IMG/VR virus record: IMGVR_UViG_3300009181_000072
Span: 1,916 to 65,915 of that record
Source of the DNA: a virus
Lineage: Duplodnaviria; Caudoviricetes
Length of the DNA: 64,000 nt
Reading direction: 5' to 3' (one strand)
Each line of letters starts with the position of its first letter. The stretch's first letter is position 1. The notes beneath the pieces are model-generated. The model was not told where the DNA came from. It did no database searches and saw only the letters and a program-made list of their open reading frames with translations. The translations under genes were made by a program, and so were the position numbers. This document shows positions 38,553-49,442 of the stretch, in pieces.

Positions 38553-39584
38553 ATGAATCACAACTGGGACATCATAGGCGACAAGATCTTTGGAATACTG
38601 CGCGGCAATGGCTATCGTGTGCAGATGTTTGATCGCGGCGGCGACAAAACCATGGATCCGCACGAAGCCACTCGTTACTTTGTTACCATACCAAGCAACG
38701 ACCCGGCTCTCAAGAACTTCAATATCTTAGTAAGCTTGCACGACGAAGATACCAGCAGCCATATGGATATCAAGACACCAGATCTTGCTGATGACAAAGA
38801 CTTTAATACTGTTATCAAGATCAAAGATAGTTTGCAAAACAACATTGGTGATAGAGAAGGACTCAGTGTTAATTGGTACAAGTTCGACCATGACATTGAT
38901 CCGCGAGAGGACGCTGTGAACAACATCAAAGAAAGCCGCGATATCAGCAAGCCATATGGTAGCACCAAAAGCAGCTATCAAAAGATCGGCAACAGCAAGC
39001 TGGTCATACGCCACACTGATCCGGTTAACGAAGAAAAAAAGGGCAGCCGTTGGCGCCACATCAAGAACATCTTCATTGAGACCAAGCTGGGTGAGCGTTT
39101 TAACTATCCGCATCCGCACATCGCAGGTGCAAGAGCTATGGCACGGCACTTGGCAAATGATGGTAGATTCAACGACCAAGTATCAAAAGCCATACTCAAG
39201 ATGAGCGAAGACTATATCAAGCTCAAGAAGGCCAACAGCCTGATGCGCGGCAAGGATCCTGATCTAAGCCTGCAGGTCAAGACAGCACTACAGAAATTGA
39301 GCAAGGACAGCAAGAGACTGAGCGGTAGCCGAGGCTATGCTACTGGTATTGCTGACATTGCTAAGCAGAGCATGCTGGCTCCAGCAGAACGTGTCATAGA
39401 ATTACGTAACAAGTTGGCTGAGACCTGTGGATGCCAGCAGGGTGACGATCATGACCTATCGTCCCTGGAGACAGCTGCTCGCTACTTGATCAGCAATGGT
39501 TACACTGTTTCAAAAACAGAACCAGAAGAAGACTCGCTTGATACAGAAATCTTGCGTTTAGAGGAGCTAGCCGGCATCATTTAA
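38553..39584 (+). CDS. Hypothetical protein (late-promoter driven)
   Basis: 343-aa ORF; GGTAAATA motif at 38538; GERF..PHPHIAGARAMARH segment. Confidence 0.65.
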   Translation: MNHNWDIIGDKIFGILRGNGYRVQMFDRGGDKTMDPHEATRYFVTIPSNDPALKNFNILVSLHDEDTSSHMDIKTPDLADDKDFNTVIKIKDSLQNNIGDREGLSVNWYKFDHDIDPREDAVNNIKESRDISKPYGSTKSSYQKIGNSKLVIRHTDPVNEEKKGSRWRHIKNIFIETKLGERFNYPHPHIAGARAMARHLANDGRFNDQVSKAILKMSEDYIKLKKANSLMRGKDPDLSLQVKTALQKLSKDSKRLSGSRGYATGIADIAKQSMLAPAERVIELRNKLAETCGCQQGDDHDLSSLETAARYLISNGYTVSKTEPEEDSLDTEILRLEELAGII

Positions 39585-39585
39585 G

Positions 39586-40029
39586 ATGCTGGTCATAGTT
39601 TCTGCAGATAATCAACTAACTTATCCGCCTGAGTCTACTTGCTTCACTGTGCGGCTTAGGCAATCTGATACTATCTATACTCAAGTAACCAAACTTGGCT
39701 TAGCATTAGAAGATTATATGTTAACGCATATGGTCACTAATGCAGCGTTGGTATGGGCTACCCGATATTATGTAGATCCAACTGTGTTTGTTAATTTGCC
39801 AACATTTCGCACAGATGAGATAATGTTCCCTAATCTTGCCACAGAATTAAAAGTTGGATGGGCAGCTGGACATGCCAACGCATTGATTAAATGGGCAGCT
39901 ACCTGTAGAGATGCAGCAGCGTTGGAATTTAAACCGTGGCCGCAACTTTTTGAAATATCAAGCAGCACTGCAAATCTAGTGTGGTGGGCACAACGCATCA
40001 ATCTTCGAGTGTACGGGACCGATCAATGA
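39586..40029 (+). CDS. Hypothetical protein
   Basis: 147-aa ORF coupled to both neighbours. Confidence 0.55.
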   Translation: MLVIVSADNQLTYPPESTCFTVRLRQSDTIYTQVTKLGLALEDYMLTHMVTNAALVWATRYYVDPTVFVNLPTFRTDEIMFPNLATELKVGWAAGHANALIKWAATCRDAAALEFKPWPQLFEISSSTANLVWWAQRINLRVYGTDQ

Positions 40030-40850
40030 AAACTGCGATATTGGTTAGAGGTCATGCAAGAACTTGGTCGTTAACTAAGCAACACAATTTACAATTGATG
40101 AGCAGCATATACGATTCGCCTGATTGGTTTTTTGGTGCGCCTGCCTCAAATACGATTAGCAACCAATCGGTACAAACAGATTTTGCAGGATACAATCTGA
40201 TTTCAACTGCACTATTAGATGAAAAAACATATCCGCTGCCCGCGTATAATGACGATGTCAATCGTTGGCGGTATTGGATACCAGCGTATTGGCGACTAGC
40301 ATGGTTAGATTATCATCTTGGTATGGCCAAGCGCAAACATGAGTTAGCCACGAGCATACGATATGATAATGTTCTGTTTCTACGTACCGATTGTTGGTAT
40401 TTCAGAGTTGGACAAGATATTCGTGCTACTAGGTTGTTACACGGCATGAGCGTGTCGCATATAGGTCCAAATGGGGCTATGGGTGTCGATGATTGGATCA
40501 GCGACGATCTCGTTTGGCGTGCAGGTGCAGCTGCTGCTGATATACTATGCATGCGCTGGTTTGATACTCATTACGATCGGCACAGCACAACACAGTTGAT
40601 ACACGGTAACAGCCATGCACTGTTGGCATCGTATGTTGCACGTAATTTCATAGCACATGATCCAACGGCGGATAGTTTCAAATGCACGCTGATCCGACCC
40701 GATCATGCAGATCTCATGCCGTGGACCTGGGAAAAGCATGATGAGACACACAACGACAGCGTTACTTGGCACGGCCTTGCACTTGCAGAAAAGATCAAGT
40801 GGTGTGAGAAACTTGGTATAGATCCAAGAGATTATCAACTTGTAGATTGA
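40026..40850 (+). CDS. Hypothetical protein, putative glycosyltransferase-like
   Basis: KTAILVRGHART N-term and YDNVLFLRTD motif, a pattern seen in phage and glycan-locus proteins; start reassigned to ATGA overlap. Confidence 0.45.
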   Translation: MKTAILVRGHARTWSLTKQHNLQLMSSIYDSPDWFFGAPASNTISNQSVQTDFAGYNLISTALLDEKTYPLPAYNDDVNRWRYWIPAYWRLAWLDYHLGMAKRKHELATSIRYDNVLFLRTDCWYFRVGQDIRATRLLHGMSVSHIGPNGAMGVDDWISDDLVWRAGAAAADILCMRWFDTHYDRHSTTQLIHGNSHALLASYVARNFIAHDPTADSFKCTLIRPDHADLMPWTWEKHDETHNDSVTWHGLALAEKIKWCEKLGIDPRDYQLVD

Positions 40851-40959
40851 CACTTGACAAATCCTGCGGCATAAATAAACTGTCAGTTAGCAATGCGAAG
40901 TTGCAAACTGTCTATAGTAAAAATTGGCACATGAAAGCACACATAGGAGGCACATTATC

Positions 40960-41994
40960 ATGGCACTTAGTCTTAAAGAAATCCAAGCTAAACTGCTCGA
41001 GCAACAGGCTCGCAAAGACCGCTCAAAGGGCGGCACATTTACCGGAGACAATTCAATCTATCCGTTCTGGAACAATCCAGAGGGCTCCACTGCCACTCTG
41101 AGGTTTCTTCCGGACGGCGACGACACCAACGACTTCTTTTGGGTGGAACGGCTCATCATCAAGATCCCGTTCCCAGGAGTCAAGGGGCAAAACGATGCTC
41201 GCCCAGTTGAAGTGCAAGTTCCTTGCATGGACATGTGGAAGCCAGGTAGCTGCCCCATCGCAGCCGAAACACGTCCGTGGTGGAAAGATCCTACTCTCGA
41301 AGATATGGCTCGCAAGTACTGGCGGAAGAAGAGCTATGTGTTCCAGGGTTTTGTCACGCAGAATCCTAACAAGGATGATAACACACCGGAAAATCCGATC
41401 CGGCGATTTATCATCAATCCTAGCGTGTTTGATGCTATTAAGGCGATCCTTATGCGGCAGGATCTTGAGAATAGCCCTACTGATTACGCAGCTGGACGTG
41501 ATTTTTACCTTAGCAAGACAACTAAAGGCGGCTATGCCAACTATAGTAGCTCTAGCTGGTCAATGAAAGAACGTGCGCTCGGTCAGGACGAACTTGGTGC
41601 TATCGAAAAGAACGGCTTGTTCACGCTTAGCAGCTTCCTTCCAAAGAAGCCAGACGATGCACATCTCAATGCTATCATGGAGATGTTTGCTGCATCTGTG
41701 CAGGAAGAGCTGTATGATGCAGATCGTTGGGGACAGTACTATCGTCCAAACGGCATGCGTCTTGAAGGTGCTGGTGCTAACGACGATGCAGCAGGCACAA
41801 CCGCTCCTGTGAGTAAGCCTGTAACAGCTGCCAGCATCATGGATCGTGCAGTTGCTGCTAAGCCAGCTACAACCACTGACAGTGGTTGGAAAGACCCGGC
41901 TCCCACTGCACCAGCAGGTGACAAACCTGTATTGAACTCCCCTGATGCAATCTTGGCTGCAATCCGCGCTCGTAAGCTCGGCGGCGCAGCTTAA
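40960..41994 (+). CDS. Single-stranded DNA-binding protein (gp32-like)
   Basis: ATLRFLPDGD, FFWVER, PCMDMW...CPI, KYWRKKSY, GRDF..KT.KGGYANY; GGAGG RBS. Confidence 0.88.
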   Translation: MALSLKEIQAKLLEQQARKDRSKGGTFTGDNSIYPFWNNPEGSTATLRFLPDGDDTNDFFWVERLIIKIPFPGVKGQNDARPVEVQVPCMDMWKPGSCPIAAETRPWWKDPTLEDMARKYWRKKSYVFQGFVTQNPNKDDNTPENPIRRFIINPSVFDAIKAILMRQDLENSPTDYAAGRDFYLSKTTKGGYANYSSSSWSMKERALGQDELGAIEKNGLFTLSSFLPKKPDDAHLNAIMEMFAASVQEELYDADRWGQYYRPNGMRLEGAGANDDAAGTTAPVSKPVTAASIMDRAVAAKPATTTDSGWKDPAPTAPAGDKPVLNSPDAILAAIRARKLGGAA

Positions 41995-42006
41995 TCCATA
42001 ACAGCT

Positions 42007-42033
42007 AGGATGGGCGATACGTTCGCCCATCCT
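42007..42033 (+). terminator. Hairpin between ssb and uvsX
   Basis: AGGATGGGCGA-tacgt-TCGCCCATCCT; no U-tract, so it may be a stabilising or processing hairpin. Confidence 0.5.
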
Positions 42034-42057
42034 GCCACATGATCACAGGAGAAAATT

Positions 42058-43146
42058 GTGAAACCGTTTGACATCAGTAAGTTCCGTCGTGACATTGCTA
42101 AGACTATTCCCAGTCTCAGCCTTGGCTTCCATGATCCGAAGACTTGGATCCACAGCGGTAATTACGCACTAAACTATGCTATCAGTGGCGACTTCAAGCA
42201 CGGTATTCCGTTGGGTAAAGTCACCATGTTTGCTGGACAATCTGGTTCCGGCAAGAGTTATATCTGCTCAGGCAACGTCATACGAAACGCTCAGCGAGCG
42301 GGTGTGTTCCCGATCTTGATCGATACAGAGAACGCACTTGACGAGAACTGGCTTAAGCCACTGGGTGTTGATACATCAGATGACAAGCTGCTTAAGGTCA
42401 ACATGGCCATGATCGACGACGTTGCTCGTTTGGTCAGCGACTTCATGAAGGACTACAAGAGCCGCTTTGATAAGGTAGATCCGGAAGAGCGTCCAAAGAT
42501 CCTGTTTGTGCTTGATTCGCTTGGCATGTTGCTAACTCCAACTGACGTAAATCAGTTTGAAGCTGGCGAGATGAAAGGTGACATGGGTCGCAAGCCTAAA
42601 GCACTAGCAGCATTGGTGCGTAACTGTGTTAACATGTTTGGTGAATACGACGTTGGTTTGGTAGTCACTAACCACACGTATGCGTCGCAGGACATGTTTG
42701 ACCCAGATGACAAGATCTCTGGCGGACAAGGTTTTGTGTATGCAAGCTCTATCGTGGTAGCCATGCGCAAGCTCAAGCTCAAAGAAGATGAAGATGGCAA
42801 GAAGACCACTGACATTCGTGGTATCCGTGCTGCTTGCAAGATCATGAAGACACGCTATAACAAGCCATTCGAAAGTGTTGAGATCAAGATCCCGTGGGAT
42901 ACTGGTATGAACGAATACAGTGGTTTGATCGACATGTTTGAGAAAAAAGGCGTGTTAGCCAAAGACGGCAACAAACTCAAATACACTGACAAGCAAGGCA
43001 AGGAACATAAGTACTTTCGGTCTGGCATCACTGATGAGCTACTTGATCTAATAATGACTGAATGGGACGAAAGCAAAGTTGTGATTGCCCAGGATGCAGT
43101 GGATCTTGATATCGACGATCAGGAAATTGTTAATACGGAGGAATAA
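42058..43146 (+). CDS. uvsX: RecA-like recombinase (UvsX)
   Basis: AGQSGSGKS, LIDTENA, FVLDSLG, VVTNHTY, ISGGQG..YASS, KTRYNKPF. Confidence 0.93.
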   Translation: MKPFDISKFRRDIAKTIPSLSLGFHDPKTWIHSGNYALNYAISGDFKHGIPLGKVTMFAGQSGSGKSYICSGNVIRNAQRAGVFPILIDTENALDENWLKPLGVDTSDDKLLKVNMAMIDDVARLVSDFMKDYKSRFDKVDPEERPKILFVLDSLGMLLTPTDVNQFEAGEMKGDMGRKPKALAALVRNCVNMFGEYDVGLVVTNHTYASQDMFDPDDKISGGQGFVYASSIVVAMRKLKLKEDEDGKKTTDIRGIRAACKIMKTRYNKPFESVEIKIPWDTGMNEYSGLIDMFEKKGVLAKDGNKLKYTDKQGKEHKYFRSGITDELLDLIMTEWDESKVVIAQDAVDLDIDDQEIVNTEE

Positions 43147-43149
43147 CAC

Positions 43150-43395
43150 ATGCATGTTAGTGCAACCCTATTGCTAGAAGTGTGGGAAGTAGTTTCAGAA
43201 CTACTTCCCAATAATAAACGAGAAGACATGGCTCGTAAGCTGCTTAACATCTTTGCAGACAAGGGCATGGATAAAGACGACTTTGAATCGATCCGCGGAG
43301 ATGATGAGTACATTGACAGTGCTATCGACTCGCAGTACACTGGTGAAGTAGAAGACTATGACGATTATGATGAATCGTCCTACGAAGATGACTGA
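43150..43395 (+). CDS. Small acidic hypothetical protein
   Basis: 81 aa, GAGGA RBS, between uvsX and uvsY. Confidence 0.65.
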   Translation: MHVSATLLLEVWEVVSELLPNNKREDMARKLLNIFADKGMDKDDFESIRGDDEYIDSAIDSQYTGEVEDYDDYDESSYEDD

Positions 43396-43459
43396 TCAAA
43401 CCAGTATGTTAGAGTGTTTGCTCTAATTACAACCTCGCTACAACTCTCATAGGTAAACA

Positions 43460-43924
43460 ATGTGGTACAATCGCGTCGTTAATGACATGAGCACGCTCCC
43501 TGATGCGATCGATTGGTTCCAAAAACAGTTAGAGACTGCTTGGGTAGAAGCAAAGATCGTGGGTAGCGTAGAAAGAGCTGCTCAAGAACTCAGCGGCATC
43601 ATGGCCTATCGATTCGGACAGTTACAAGAAATCGAAGCCATACTCAAGCATCTCAACATACGCTATGATAAGATGCGCAGCGATCACTATCGCAAGTATC
43701 TAGAGCGTTATCAGCGTGAACTCACCGACCGTGCCATCGAGAAATATATCGATGGTGAGGACGATGTGGTTACTATGGCTACCATAACCAACGAAGTTGC
43801 ACTAGTGCGTAACAAATATCTAGCCCTGATCAAGGGGCTAGATGTAAAACAATTCCAGATCAGCAACATCGTGCGATTGCGCATACAGGGTATGGAAGAT
43901 GCTCACCTAGATACTCGTGGATAA
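43460..43924 (+). CDS. uvsY: Recombination mediator (UvsY-like)
   Basis: Helical 154 aa, YLERYQRELTDRAIEKYIDGE, KGLDVKQFQISNIVRLR; downstream of uvsX. Confidence 0.75.
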   Translation: MWYNRVVNDMSTLPDAIDWFQKQLETAWVEAKIVGSVERAAQELSGIMAYRFGQLQEIEAILKHLNIRYDKMRSDHYRKYLERYQRELTDRAIEKYIDGEDDVVTMATITNEVALVRNKYLALIKGLDVKQFQISNIVRLRIQGMEDAHLDTRG

Positions 43925-44009
43925 TTGCATATTTCTCCTAATGATCTCAAGAGTATATATTTCAACCATTCAGTTGACAGCATTGCACGTAAGGCAGCTT
44001 AAAACGCAT

Positions 44010-44031
44010 AATGGCCCCGTAAGGGGCCATT
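44010..44031. terminator. Intrinsic terminator between convergent genes
   Basis: AATGGCCCC-gtaa-GGGGCCATT. Confidence 0.75.
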
Positions 44032-44070
44032 TGCTGTGTGTCTGAGAGTGTAATGGATCGTGTGTTTGTG

Positions 44071-44304
44071 TTATCGTTTCTGCCAGATACTGTAGAGTAT
44101 CCATATAGCTATCAACCCCACTACGCCTTCTGAACCGAGGTTCTTGACGATAGCAGTGATGTTGGCTATTACATCTACTGATGGCAGGAATGGTATGGCA
44201 ACGCCTTTGAACATAACGCCCAATACGATCATCAGTGCCAACACGCTAACAGCAGTGTCGGCTAATGCGCCAGCCCATTTCTTTATTTGACTTAGTATAT
44301 CCAT
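44071..44304 (-). CDS. Small membrane protein (holin-like size and topology)
   Basis: 77 aa, two hydrophobic segments, basic C-term; GGAAG RBS; CATAAATA late motif on minus strand at 44342-44349. Confidence 0.55.
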   Translation of the reverse strand: MDILSQIKKWAGALADTAVSVLALMIVLGVMFKGVAIPFLPSVDVIANITAIVKNLGSEGVVGLIAIWILYSIWQKR

Positions 44305-44366
44305 TCTACTTCCTTTCGATGGTCTCGATACGAAACCAAAATATTTATGGGCATGCTATTATACGC

Positions 44367-44395
44367 TTGCATTATCCTAACAAACGTGATAAATT
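44367..44395 (+). promoter_or_regulatory. Sigma70-like promoter for the candidate ncRNA
   Basis: TTGCAT-N17-TAAATT. Confidence 0.55.
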
Positions 44396-44400
44396 GTATT

Positions 44401-44734
44401 GAGTTGTGTGCCACTGTACGTAGTTGCCAACAGTGGGAGTCTGGCCTGGACTGACCTCCGGTGTCTGCACAGCGGGCGAACCGAGAGCGCGGGCCTTGCG
44501 CCCAGTCATCCAACGTATCTATCGGGGCTGCTAGGCGACATGTTTGGTGGTTGTCTGTTTTTCCATGCTGGAGCAGTGCAACAGCCTAGGTCTCTAAGGC
44601 CTGACGGCGCTCTGGGCAGCATGGTCGTGACGCTAGGCTTATGCTTGATAAGCACACTCCTCGGGGTGTTAGGCTGTAGTGAACGGACCTACGATTAACG
44701 GTCGCCGGAGGAGTGGATGCAGCGTAACCGGCTC
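44401..44734 (+). ncRNA. Candidate large structured non-coding RNA (family not recognised)
   Basis: GC-rich, no credible ORF, end-to-end pairing, several long-range helices and hairpins, upstream promoter. Confidence 0.6.
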
Positions 44735-44763
44735 TTGCATTATGTGAAATCTTAGACTATATT
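44735..44763 (+). promoter_or_regulatory. Sigma70-like promoter for groESL
   Basis: TTGCAT-N17-TATATT directly upstream of CIRCE. Confidence 0.65.
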
Positions 44764-44771
44764 ATACGATG

Positions 44772-44798
44772 TTAGCACTGCCACTGTTGGAGTGCTAA
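44772..44798 (+). promoter_or_regulatory. CIRCE element (HrcA operator)
   Basis: TTAGCACTg-N9-GAGTGCTAA, one mismatch to consensus TTAGCACTC-N9-GAGTGCTAA, just upstream of groES. Confidence 0.88.
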
Positions 44799-44826
44799 GG
44801 ATTCCATGTAACATAGGAGAAAAACG

Positions 44827-45117
44827 ATGGAACTGAGACCGCTTAATAATCGGGTCATAGTGAAGCGCGTGGACAATGAAACTGTCACGAAGGGCGGCAT
44901 CGTCATCCCAGATTCTGCAGCTGAAAAGCCTGATCAAGGCACGGTGCTAGCTGCAGGTAAAGGGATCAAAGACGAGCACGGCAACTATATCCCGTTGGAT
45001 GTTAAAGTCAATGATCGCGTGTTGTTTGGCAAGTACGCTGGCACACAGATCAAGGTGGACGGGGAAGATCTCCTCGTTCTCAAAGAAGAAGAAATCTTTG
45101 CCGTTATCGAAAACTGA
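44827..45117 (+). CDS. groES: Co-chaperonin GroES
   Basis: [36 protein letters not shown]. Confidence 0.97.
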   Translation: MELRPLNNRVIVKRVDNETVTKGGIVIPDSAAEKPDQGTVLAAGKGIKDEHGNYIPLDVKVNDRVLFGKYAGTQIKVDGEDLLVLKEEEIFAVIEN

Positions 45118-45124
45118 GGAGTAG

Positions 45125-46756
<1,632 letters not shown>

Positions 46757-46782
46757 TACGATCAACATGTTAGTAAATATAG

Positions 46783-46809
46783 AGAGGAGGGAGCAATCCC
46801 TCCTCTTTG
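46783..46809 (+). terminator. Intrinsic terminator after groEL
   Basis: AGAGGAGGGA-gcaa-TCCCTCCTCT followed by T-rich tail. Confidence 0.75.
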
Positions 46810-46844
46810 CTTGTGCAACAACAGGTCTTGTGGTATAATAAAAC

Positions 46845-48311
46845 ATGATAAAACACTGCATCATTGATATCGAAGACGAAGTCAACATCAAGATGAATGG
46901 TCTTGATCTTGCTGCTCGCAAGGCCTGCACAAATGCAGTCAAGTATTTCATACCAGGCGCACGCTACAGTGCGGCTTACAAGCTAGGGCGCTGGGATGGG
47001 ACCAAGAGCTTTGCTACACTTGGCGGTAGGACTTATCTTAACTTGCTTGACAAGATGCTGCCTATACTGCAGGAGCATGGTTATGATTTTGAGATCAACG
47101 ACCAACGTTTGCAGTATGAGATCAGCCTTAATGAAGTAGATGAAAATGTACATGCACATAAGGTATGGCCTAAAGGACACGAACGTGCTGGCCAATCAAT
47201 TGTGTTGCGAGACTATCAAGTAGCAGTAGTAAACACTTTCGTAGAAAATCTACAAGCAGTTCAGCAGGTTGCTACAGGCGCAGGCAAGACTCTCATAACT
47301 GCTACACTGTCGGCTATGATAGAACCCTATGGTCGCAGCATTGTGATTGTTCCCAACAAGAGCTTGGTTGAACAAACAGAGACTGACTATCGCAATCTAG
47401 GATTGGATGTGGGTGTGCTGTATGGCGATCGCAAGGAATATGATCGTACACATACTATCTGCACATGGCAAAGTTTGAACGTGCTAGACAAGAAGAGCAA
47501 GGATAGCCTGGATGATCATCAGCATGCGATATTCATGCACGGTCTCATGGGTATTATAGTTGACGAAGCACACATGGCCAAGGCTGATGTGCTGACCAAG
47601 CTGTTGACTACTAACTTTTGCCACATACCTATACGCTGGGGGTTGACTGGTACCATCCCAGAAGAAGAGCAAGATCAAATCAGCTTGTTGGCCAGCGTTG
47701 GACCAAACGTTGGAGACTTATTCGCGCACGAACTGCAAGAACGTGGCGTGTTGGCACAGTGCCATGTGAACGTGCTACAGACTCGCGAAACTGTGAAGTA
47801 TAACAACTATCAAGAAGAGCTCAAGTTTCTAACAACTGATACTGATCGCATCAAGTGGATGTCTACGATGATTTCAGCTATCGCAGAATCTGGCAACACG
47901 CTGATACTGTGTGACAGGCTTGAGACTGGCAAGGCGTTGGAAGCTATCATCAAGGACAGCGTGTTTGTCAGCGGTGCAGTTAAGACCAAAGATCGCAAGG
48001 CTGAATATGACAACATCGCTATTAGCGATGGGCAAGTATTGATAGCCACATATGGTGTAGCAGCAGTGGGTATCAACGTGCCTAGGCTGTTTAACTTGGT
48101 GCTAATTGAACCAGGCAAGAGCTTTGTTAGAGTCATACAAAGCATTGGGCGCGGCTTGCGCAAAGCAGATGATAAGGACTTTGTGCAGATCTGGGACATG
48201 ACCAGCACTTGCAAGTTTAGTGCAAAACATTTAACTAAACGCAAGCAGTTCTATACTCAAGCCAAATATCCGTTCACCATAGAAAAAATTGACAGAACCC
48301 TTGCAAATTAA
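46845..48311 (+). CDS. uvsW: SF2 DNA helicase (UvsW-like)
   Basis: LRDYQ, ATGAGKT, IVDEAH, GLTGT, ATYGVAAVGINVP, VIQSIGRGLR. Confidence 0.92.
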   Translation: MIKHCIIDIEDEVNIKMNGLDLAARKACTNAVKYFIPGARYSAAYKLGRWDGTKSFATLGGRTYLNLLDKMLPILQEHGYDFEINDQRLQYEISLNEVDENVHAHKVWPKGHERAGQSIVLRDYQVAVVNTFVENLQAVQQVATGAGKTLITATLSAMIEPYGRSIVIVPNKSLVEQTETDYRNLGLDVGVLYGDRKEYDRTHTICTWQSLNVLDKKSKDSLDDHQHAIFMHGLMGIIVDEAHMAKADVLTKLLTTNFCHIPIRWGLTGTIPEEEQDQISLLASVGPNVGDLFAHELQERGVLAQCHVNVLQTRETVKYNNYQEELKFLTTDTDRIKWMSTMISAIAESGNTLILCDRLETGKALEAIIKDSVFVSGAVKTKDRKAEYDNIAISDGQVLIATYGVAAVGINVPRLFNLVLIEPGKSFVRVIQSIGRGLRKADDKDFVQIWDMTSTCKFSAKHLTKRKQFYTQAKYPFTIEKIDRTLAN

Positions 48312-48350
48312 TAAAAGTTTTGGATGATCTACCACTAAGTATGGTAGAAC

Positions 48351-48851
48351 ATGAAGATACTGACCAACGATAACATCAGTTTTAACCTAAATCAGATACC
48401 AGATAACGCAGATGATGTGCGATTTGGTGTGTTAGATTATTCTGATCAAAACAATGTAGACTACTACTTCATACCTTTGATATTCCTCGAAAGTTTCAAC
48501 AGTCCCTGTGTGGATCTGCGCATAGGTGGATACAGCTTGCAGATGCCATTGGACTGGAGCGTGATCATAGGAGACAAGGACAGCGGTGAGATGGAGATCA
48601 TGCCACTGATCTATCTCAACGATAAAGACTTTGATGTGTTCTGTTACAATCCGATAAACGGATATATGCCTGGCTTCTTAAAGCTAGAGATCATCAATAT
48701 TTGGCCAGATGTCAAGTGGTACTTCCCCAAGCTAAAGAACGGACACATGCTAGCTGTGCCTTTGAGTGACAAGAAAGGTCCTTACTGTGCGTACTTCCTT
48801 AAAGACATAGGCAAGATTCCAGAGAATCTTGATATACGCAAGCTGTTTTGA
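48351..48851 (+). CDS. Hypothetical protein
   Basis: 166-aa ORF following uvsW. Confidence 0.7.
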   Translation: MKILTNDNISFNLNQIPDNADDVRFGVLDYSDQNNVDYYFIPLIFLESFNSPCVDLRIGGYSLQMPLDWSVIIGDKDSGEMEIMPLIYLNDKDFDVFCYNPINGYMPGFLKLEIINIWPDVKWYFPKLKNGHMLAVPLSDKKGPYCAYFLKDIGKIPENLDIRKLF

Positions 48852-48857
48852 TAATAA

Positions 48858-48880
48858 AACGCCGGCTTAAAGCCGGCGTT
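48858..48880. terminator. Terminator between convergent genes
   Basis: AACGCCGGCT-taa-AGCCGGCGTT. Confidence 0.75.
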
Positions 48881-48931
48881 GTCATGAATGATATATGGGT
48901 CAGTATCGGGTACTATTAATACCTTACTTGT

Positions 48932-49330
48932 TTAGCTCTGGCTGTCGATGTATGCCCAAGTATTGTCTGGTAACGGATTAGGATAAACCGTCCAACTGTA
49001 CTCTTGTCCATTAAACACTGTCACGGTGTTTTCTTTAATCACTTGGGCATAAACGTTTGAGGAACCGCTTGGCGATACTATGATGTTAGCCTGCCCTGGC
49101 GCAGTAACTGCACCGTTAACCAGATAGCACGGACCGCTGATCACCGCAGAATTACTGATGCTACGTAACACATAAGTGCTAGTCGCTTCTTGCTTGCTAA
49201 TGTAAGCCAGCCCTGCTGCATTAAGTGATGGAAACCAAGCTGTGGCTAATATCGCGGGACCTGGTTGCGGAGGCAGATTGGCTGCGCGTCTGTATTCTCC
49301 CATGTATTGCTTTTTTAGCGGTCGACCCAT
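48932..49330 (-). CDS. 'MGRPL' family protein, short paralog (probable virion component)
   Basis: MGRPLKKQY start; ACTAAATA late motif at 49361-49368; AGGAG RBS. Confidence 0.7.
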   Translation of the reverse strand: MGRPLKKQYMGEYRRAANLPPQPGPAILATAWFPSLNAAGLAYISKQEATSTYVLRSISNSAVISGPCYLVNGAVTAPGQANIIVSPSGSSNVYAQVIKENTVTVFNGQEYSWTVYPNPLPDNTWAYIDSQS

Positions 49331-49442
49331 GTGATATCTCCTAGTGGCTATGCGTGAAGATATTTAGTCAAACGAAACCCCCGGATCGCTAAGGTTCTCC
49401 GAGGGTGTCGCCTGAGTCTGCCAGCTCTTACGCAGGCAAAGG

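Noticed and set aside
44399-44698. 99-aa ORF (and antisense 73-aa ORF) over the GC-rich island
   Set aside because: TTG start without RBS, atypical composition, and extensive base-pairing better explained by a structured RNA.
44401-44734. RNase P RNA or tmRNA identity for the candidate ncRNA
   Set aside because: GAG-U-CUGG/CCGGCUC resembles a P4-type bulged helix, but the conserved GAGGAAAGUCC and ACAGAA motifs are absent, and there are no tRNA-like ends. It cannot be assigned without a covariance search.
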